A stretch of DNA of 63,004 bases, from positions 1-63,004 of the forward strand of contig VGOB01000002.1 of assembly GCA_016865935.1 (NCBI GenBank). Reading direction: 5' to 3'. The stretch comes from Chloroflexota bacterium (GTDB taxonomy: Bacteria > Chloroflexota > Anaerolineae > UBA4142). The position numbers and the translations under genes were made by a program. Shown piece after piece: positions 56,977 through 63,004 of the stretch; position 1 is the first letter of the stretch; each line of letters begins with the position of its first letter. Below the pieces are notes generated by a model. That model did not search any database. It was not told the DNA's origin and was given only the letters and a program-made list of their open reading frames with translations.

Positions 56977-58002
56977 TTATCGCGCCTGTCCGGAATTCGG
57001 ATCGATCATCAAACTGGAAACATCCACCGCTTCGAAATTGGAACCGAGCACGCGGCGAAATTCGGTGACGAGGGTATCGTCGTTCCAGCGCGCGTCCGGC
57101 GCGCCGCTGATGTACCAATCGCTGCCGTTGTCCGCAACGATGATGCCGTAGCGCTTGAACGCCGTCAAGATCACCTGCACCTCCGGCGAGAATGTCGAAA
57201 TGTCGAACGACGATTTCAGGCGAAAGCGTTGTCCCATTGCTGGAGCGTTCGCGTTGTACGGCGATGTGGTGCGATGCCGCGCGTGCCAGGTGTACGTCGC
57301 GTTCGTCGCGCGGATGGTGAAACGGATCGCGTGTTTGATTTCGCCTGCCGCGATTTCATCGTAGCGCACCAAGCCCGGCAAGATCGGCAAGCCCGCCGCG
57401 TCCGCCGAAGTCCAGCCCGCCGGACGCAACGCGTTCGAATTCAGATTCCATTTCGCGCCCGAACCGGCGCTCCACGACGCGCCGCCGTCGTTCGTCGAAG
57501 CGTCGTACACTTCGTACAGCATACAAGTCCCTTGCTGCAAAATCAAAATGTGACGATCGCTCCCCCATTCGCGCAGCGCGCCCGGTGGAATTGGATACGG
57601 TCCCGGATCGCTTTCGCCGGGATAGTAAAACGAAATCGGCACATTCGCTTGCGTGCTGGGAACGATGTTGAACGGAATGCCGATCGGACCGCCATCCCAG
57701 GTGCCGGATCCGAAATCGGGATGCAAGCCCTTGCCCGCGCCGATGAAATTGATGTACGTGTTCGATTGCGGATGCACGGGCAGCGCGTCGACGCGCGCGT
57801 TCCAGATATTGTCGGCGGGGAAGAGCGGGCAACCCGCGAGCGTGGGACCGCTTGCGCCGCGCGCGACGAAGGGCAAATAGATCATCGAGTTGGACGCGGG
57901 CAAGTGCGGCGTCGGATCGGCGCGGAGAGAGTGTAACGGCGCAAGCAGAACGATCAGCGCGCACGCGATCAGGATCAAACGGGATGACAAGCGAGAAATC
58001 AA
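56977..58002 (-). CDS. Exported protein of unknown function
   Basis: Signal peptide; IYLPFVAR motif; FPADNIWN...GIPFN...PYPIP...SDRH...ADAAGLP...YGIIVADNG. Confidence 0.75.
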   Translation of the reverse strand: MISRLSSRLILIACALIVLLAPLHSLRADPTPHLPASNSMIYLPFVARGASGPTLAGCPLFPADNIWNARVDALPVHPQSNTYINFIGAGKGLHPDFGSGTWDGGPIGIPFNIVPSTQANVPISFYYPGESDPGPYPIPPGALREWGSDRHILILQQGTCMLYEVYDASTNDGGASWSAGSGAKWNLNSNALRPAGWTSADAAGLPILPGLVRYDEIAAGEIKHAIRFTIRATNATYTWHARHRTTSPYNANAPAMGQRFRLKSSFDISTFSPEVQVILTAFKRYGIIVADNGSDWYISGAPDARWNDDTLVTEFRRVLGSNFEAVDVSSLMIDPNSGQAR

Positions 58003-58285
58003 GCGGCAGTCTCCAGCAGGCGAAAATGATTCTCATTGTACGGCATCGCGTCCGCGCGTCAAGAGAGGAAGCAGTCCTATCTGGCTGGACATTCGAAGAA
58101 AAACGGCAGTATATCCGATTAGCCAAGCCGGTCAATTTGTGATAGAATATCAGCGAATCTATGCAAACGGTTGCGACGAAATATTCAGGCGCCGAAAGTT
58201 ACCTGGAAAGGGGTGATGTTGATTCGACGATTCGATTTCTCGATTCCGAAGATCCCATAACGAATTTCGAAAAGGAGAAGAACAA

Positions 58286-59446
58286 ATGCGTTCCAAGTTA
58301 CTCGTTTTCCTCGCGTTGGTCGCGCTGGTGATTGTCGCCGCGTGCGCGCCCGCGCCGGCACCTGCGCCGACTGCGGCGCCGCCAACGGCAGCGCCCGCAG
58401 CGCCCAAGCCGACCGATGCACCCAAGCCCACCGATGTGCCCAAGCCGACTGCTGTTCCGCCGACGGCGGCGCCACCGACCGCCGCGCCCAAAGTGCTGAA
58501 AGGCGAACTCAATCTGCTCTGCACCCCACAACAAGTTTGGTGCGAGGGGATGAAGAAAGAGTTCGAAGCCAAGTACCCCGGCGTCACCGTGAATTTTATC
58601 CGTCTGTCCAGCGGCGAGGCGCTCACGCGCATCCGCAACGAAAAAGCGAATCCCCAGTTCGATATTTGGTGGGGCGGTCCGATTGATTCGTTCATCGCCG
58701 CGAAAGCCGAAGGATTGCTCGAACCGTACAAATCTCCCGGTCAAGCCAACATCATCGATCCCAAGTTGATGATGGACAACGATCCCAATCCGCAGTGGGT
58801 TGGCATCTATGTCGGCTCGATTGGATTCGCCACGAATACCAAGCAGACCGCGATCAAGCCGCCGACCTCGTACGAGGATCTGATCAAGCCCGAGATGAAG
58901 GGGCAGATCGCGATCGCGCACCCGGCTTCGTCCGGTACGTCGTACACCTTCATGTGCTCCATTCTTCAGATCAAGGGCGAGAAGGATGGCTGGGAATATA
59001 TGAAAAAGTTCGCGTCGAACGTCTTGATCTGGACCAAGAGTGGCGCTGCCCCCGGCAACAATGTCGGTCTGGGCGAAGCCTCGGTCGGTGTCGTGTTCTC
59101 ACATGACATCGTCAAGAATATTGACGTTGACAAGTTCCCGATGGCGCTGTCCTTCCCGTCCGAAGGGACCGGCTATGAGATCGGCGGGATGGGTCTCATC
59201 AAGGGCGCCAAGAACCCCGAGCTTGCCAAAGCGTGGTACGATTGGGCGCTGGAAGCCAAGACCCAGGAACTGGGCAAAAAGTACACCGCGTATCAAGGGC
59301 TGACGATCAAGGGCGCGCAACCGCCCAAGCCCGAGTTGCTGCAAGTGAAACTCATCAACTATAACTTTGATTATTGCGGCAAGAACAAGACGGCGTTCGT
59401 TGACAAGTTCTCCAACGAAATCGCCGCGGCGGCGCTCGCCAAATAA
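58286..59446 (+). CDS. ABC transporter substrate-binding lipoprotein (Fe3+/AfuA-FbpA-like class)
   Basis: Lipobox VAAC, PT-rich linker, RLSSGE, DIWWGGP, HPASSGT, PSEGTGYEIGG. Confidence 0.88.
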   Translation: MRSKLLVFLALVALVIVAACAPAPAPAPTAAPPTAAPAAPKPTDAPKPTDVPKPTAVPPTAAPPTAAPKVLKGELNLLCTPQQVWCEGMKKEFEAKYPGVTVNFIRLSSGEALTRIRNEKANPQFDIWWGGPIDSFIAAKAEGLLEPYKSPGQANIIDPKLMMDNDPNPQWVGIYVGSIGFATNTKQTAIKPPTSYEDLIKPEMKGQIAIAHPASSGTSYTFMCSILQIKGEKDGWEYMKKFASNVLIWTKSGAAPGNNVGLGEASVGVVFSHDIVKNIDVDKFPMALSFPSEGTGYEIGGMGLIKGAKNPELAKAWYDWALEAKTQELGKKYTAYQGLTIKGAQPPKPELLQVKLINYNFDYCGKNKTAFVDKFSNEIAAAALAK

Positions 59447-59493
59447 AACCTCGTGTAGGGGCGGGGTCACCCCGCCCCTACATTGGATTGACT

Positions 59494-61851
59494 ATGACCA
59501 CAGCTACGCTCTCGCGTTCCTCCCCGCTCGACTCGCTCGTCCGACGCTATCGCGAGTACAGACTGATCGCGCGCGATCCCGTGCTCCTGATTGGGTTGCT
59601 CGTCACGGGCGCATTTCTGCTGACGTTCATCGTTTGGCCCCTGGCACGCGTGATCTGGCAGGGCTTTTTCGTCGGCGCGGGCAAGCCGAACGAGGGCGCA
59701 TTCAGTCTGCAGTATTTCCAGTACTATATCGATCCCACCTTCACGGCGCAATACACGCAGATTTTTTGGTGGACGATCACTATGGGCGTCGGCGCGGCGA
59801 TCGGCAGCACGCTCCTCGGTTTTTTGTTCGCGTACACGATGGTGCGCTGCAACATTCCGTTCAAAGGCGTCGTGCATGCGCTCACCCTCGTCCCGACGAT
59901 TTCGCCGCCCTTCGCCATCGCGCTGGCTACGATCCTATTGTTCGGGCGTTCGGGTCTCGTCACCAAAGGTATCCTGAACATTCAATTCAAGCCCGGCGTC
60001 AACGACATTTACGGACTCGACGGCTTGATCTTCGTCCAGATCATCACCTTCTTTCCGGTCGCGTACCTCATCATTCGCGGCTTGCTCGAACGGATCGATC
60101 CTTCGATGGAAGAAGCCGCGCTCGCGCTCGGCGCCAGCAAGTGGCACATTTTTCGCACGATCACACTCCCGTTGCTGACGCCCGGCATCGCCGGCTCGTT
60201 CTTGTTGATGTTCGTCGAATCGCTCGCCGATTTGGGGAATCCGATTTTTATCGGCGGCAACATTACCGTGCTTTCGACGCAAATCTGGATTGCGGTGAAC
60301 GGCGAATTCAATCAACAAAAAGGCGCGGCCTTGTCGCTGATTTTGCTGTTGCCGACCTTGACGGTGTTTCTCCTGCAGCGCTACTGGGTCTCGCGTAAAT
60401 CGTACATCTCCGTCACCGGCAAGCCGACGGGCGGCGGCGCGGGCTTTGTCAAAGAGCCGCTGATTCGCTGGACGTTTATCACCTTGACCTTCCTCGTCCT
60501 TGCTTTGATCGTCGTGCTCTACGGCGCGATCTTCTTCGGCGCGATTACTACGCGGTGGGGGATTGACTATTCGCTCGACTTTTCGCACTTTGCCAGCGCG
60601 TTCGATCGCGGTCTGAAGCCGATTCTCGATACGACCTTCCTCTCCGCGCTCGCCACGCCGATTGCGGGGATTGCCGGAATGATCGTTGCGTTTCTCGTCG
60701 TCCGCAAAACGTTCAGCGGCAAAGAAGCGGTGGATTTCACGTCGAACCTGGGCGGCGCGGTGCCCGGCACGATTCTCGGCATCGGCTACATCATCGCGTT
60801 CATCCAAGCGCCGCTGATCGTCGTCGCGCTGATTTTCGTCGCGCTGGCGTACTATCTCGTTTCATCAAGCGCGAAGAATTTCTGGGCGCGCACCGCGTTG
60901 CTGATGAGCGGCACGCTCATCGGCATTGGGATCAACTTTTTGAATCTCACCGAAAAAGCGCGCCAGCCCTTGCTCGCCAATCCGCTGATCGCGCCATTCG
61001 CTGGTTTGCCGATCATCGATCAGCAAACCTGGATGATGCTACTCGCGGCGATCCTGGTGATAGTTGGGGTTGCGAGTATTTTCTTCGCGGAGCGCAAGGC
61101 GCGGCGCGGCGCGCTGATCGTCCTGATCGTATTGGCGGCGTATTTGCTCTCGCGCCTGTTCATTCAGGACTGGACGCTGCCGCTCGTCGTGTGGGGCAAG
61201 GAACTGGGCGGGATCTATTTCCCGAAAATCTTTGCTAGTCTTGCCGCGTGGATCAATCTTTTCTTCCAACCGCCGCTCGCGATTTTGGGATTCACGTACA
61301 CGGTGATCGCCGGTTTTCTCATCAATACGTGGACGCGCCGCGCGCGCGGGATCGGAATGTTGGCGTTGCTCGCGGTGTGCAGCGCGCTAACGTTCTACGG
61401 CGAGACGCTCGCGCTCGTCGGGTCGCCGTATATCATTCTGGCGGCGTACGCGGTGCGCAGTCTGCCCGCGTCGGTGCGCGCCGGCGTCGCGTCGTTGCAG
61501 CAAATCGATCCTGCGATCGAAGAGGCATCCACGAACCTGGGCGCAGACGCGCAACTGACGTTTCGCCAGGTCACGCTGCCGTTGATTCTGCCCGCATTCG
61601 TCGCCGGGTTGATTTTCAGTTTCGCGCGTCATATGACCTCGCTCTCGGCGATCATTTTCCTGTCGTCTGCCAAGTGGCCCATCCTGACCGCGCTGATTAT
61701 GAGCGAAGTCGAACAAGGCGGTTTCTCGTTATCGGCGGCGTACTCGGTCATTCTGATCGTCATCGTTCTCGCCGCGATCGGCTTGATGTACCTCTGGGCG
61801 GGGCGCGCGTTCCGCACGACCGGGATGGAAACGACGCTGGGAGCAGGATAA
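59494..61851 (+). CDS. ABC transporter permease (FbpB-like, two EAA motifs) with extra hydrophobic insert
   Basis: IDPSMEEAALALGA and IDPAIEEASTNLGA; SLADLGNP. Confidence 0.88.
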   Translation: MTTATLSRSSPLDSLVRRYREYRLIARDPVLLIGLLVTGAFLLTFIVWPLARVIWQGFFVGAGKPNEGAFSLQYFQYYIDPTFTAQYTQIFWWTITMGVGAAIGSTLLGFLFAYTMVRCNIPFKGVVHALTLVPTISPPFAIALATILLFGRSGLVTKGILNIQFKPGVNDIYGLDGLIFVQIITFFPVAYLIIRGLLERIDPSMEEAALALGASKWHIFRTITLPLLTPGIAGSFLLMFVESLADLGNPIFIGGNITVLSTQIWIAVNGEFNQQKGAALSLILLLPTLTVFLLQRYWVSRKSYISVTGKPTGGGAGFVKEPLIRWTFITLTFLVLALIVVLYGAIFFGAITTRWGIDYSLDFSHFASAFDRGLKPILDTTFLSALATPIAGIAGMIVAFLVVRKTFSGKEAVDFTSNLGGAVPGTILGIGYIIAFIQAPLIVVALIFVALAYYLVSSSAKNFWARTALLMSGTLIGIGINFLNLTEKARQPLLANPLIAPFAGLPIIDQQTWMMLLAAILVIVGVASIFFAERKARRGALIVLIVLAAYLLSRLFIQDWTLPLVVWGKELGGIYFPKIFASLAAWINLFFQPPLAILGFTYTVIAGFLINTWTRRARGIGMLALLAVCSALTFYGETLALVGSPYIILAAYAVRSLPASVRAGVASLQQIDPAIEEASTNLGADAQLTFRQVTLPLILPAFVAGLIFSFARHMTSLSAIIFLSSAKWPILTALIMSEVEQGGFSLSAAYSVILIVIVLAAIGLMYLWAGRAFRTTGMETTLGAG

Positions 61852-61934
61852 AGTCAGAAGGCGGAAGGATGAAGGATGAATCTTTTTTCTCTTTCATCCT
61901 TCATCCTTCATCCCTCATCTTTCGGAGTTTTGAA

Positions 61935-63004
61935 ATGTACTTGACACTCGAACATCTCACAAAAAAATTCCCTGCACGCACAAAGCAGAGCGGCGAAGTG
62001 ACGGCGGTGGACGACATTTCGCTGAATATCGAAAAAGGGCAGTTCGTCACGCTCCTCGGTCCCTCCGGTTGCGGCAAGACGACGACGCTGCGCTTGATCG
62101 CCGGCTTTGAGTTTCCAACGTCGGGGCACATCATCCTGGACGGCGCGCGCCTGGAAGACGTGCCGCCGAATCGCCGCGATATGGCGATGGTGTTTCAGAG
62201 TTACGCGATCTTTCCGCACCTCAACGTCTTTGAAAATATCGCGTACGGCTTGAAGGTGAAAAAACTGGCGGGAACCGAAGTCAAGCGGCGCGTCGCCGAA
62301 GTGACCAAGTTGACGCAGTTGACCGGCTTGGAAGAGCGCGCGCCGAATCAACTCTCCGGTGGACAGCAGCAGCGCGTCGCGCTCGCGCGCGCGCTCGTCG
62401 TCGAGCCGAAAGTGTTGTTGTTCGACGAGCCGCTCTCGAACCTGGACGCCAAACTGCGCGAGGAAATGCGCTTCGAGATTCGCGATTTGCAAAAGCGTTT
62501 GGGCATCACCGCGATTTACGTGACGCACGCGCAGGAAGAAGCGCTGGTGATGTCGGACCTGATCGCGATCATTCATCAGGGCAAACTCGCGCAACTCGGC
62601 ACGCCGGAAGAAATCTACGAGCAACCGCGCTCGCGCTTTGTCGCGGATTTCATCGGCTTGTCCGATTTTCTCCCGGCGCGCGTCGAATCGTACGATGCGA
62701 CGACGGCGCGCGTGGCGGTCGCGGGTACGACGTTGAGCGTTCCGGCGACGCTGGGGCTCTCGCGCGATCAAGCGGTCATTTTGCACATTCGCCCGTACGA
62801 CATCGAGTTCGTCGGCGAAGCGGCGCAGGGGAACGTTTTGCCCGGCGTGATCAAGCAGGCGACGTACCTGGGTAACGTCGTGGATTATCGCGTGGAAGTG
62901 GGCGACAAGGTTGGCTTGCGCGTCCAAGCCAGCACGGACCAACGGCGTGTGGCAGGCGCGCGCGTGCGTTTGCATTTTCCAGCGAACAAGTGTCACTTGT
63001 TGGC
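61935..63004 (+). CDS. ABC transporter ATP-binding protein (FbpC/PotA-like; partial, runs off right edge)
   Basis: Own translation: MYLTLEHLTKKF...LLGPSGCGKTT...LSGGQQQRVALAR...FDEPLSNLD. Confidence 0.93.
   Translation, partial: MYLTLEHLTKKFPARTKQSGEVTAVDDISLNIEKGQFVTLLGPSGCGKTTTLRLIAGFEFPTSGHIILDGARLEDVPPNRRDMAMVFQSYAIFPHLNVFENIAYGLKVKKLAGTEVKRRVAEVTKLTQLTGLEERAPNQLSGGQQQRVALARALVVEPKVLLFDEPLSNLDAKLREEMRFEIRDLQKRLGITAIYVTHAQEEALVMSDLIAIIHQGKLAQLGTPEEIYEQPRSRFVADFIGLSDFLPARVESYDATTARVAVAGTTLSVPATLGLSRDQAVILHIRPYDIEFVGEAAQGNVLPGVIKQATYLGNVVDYRVEVGDKVGLRVQASTDQRRVAGARVRLHFPANKCHLL

Overview
GC-rich bacterial chromosomal window, most likely Chloroflexota (Anaerolineae-like). The taxon is inferred from a secretin-less Tad locus, Pro/Thr-rich exported proteins and (Y/F)LP(L/F)(I/V)xR motifs. 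Left third (minus strand): a DegS/DegU-like two-component cluster with an extra sensor-less kinase, then a Flp/Tad pilus locus (flp, two tadE, tadG-vWA, a Kelch-like exported protein, a divergent LPxTG protein, cpaB, cpaE, cpaF, tadB, tadC, DUF192), comF, hpf and a partial CofC-like gene. Middle: acyl-CoA dehydrogenase-etfBA-ppnP, a GxxExxY nuclease-family gene between two ~100-bp direct repeats, an ArsR-led cluster resembling the actinobacterial PIM lipid operon (two PatA-like genes, PHP, PimA-like, PIP-synthase-like, NUDIX), nfi-cobB, a DUF433/PIN toxin-antitoxin pair, and a group 3b [NiFe]-hydrogenase with maturation protease and a two-component system. Right: tpiA, a WecA/TagO-like gene, nfeD-SPFH, a 134-bp MITE with a 16-bp target duplication in a csp promoter, pncC, MFS, degV, pxpABC and an Fe3+-type ABC transporter. 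Many gene junctions carry 7-9-nt periodic arrays or REP-like palindromes, and several of these lie in-frame inside proteins. No rRNA, tRNA, CRISPR array or transposase was recognised. All product calls rest on motif recognition by eye; no database searches were run.
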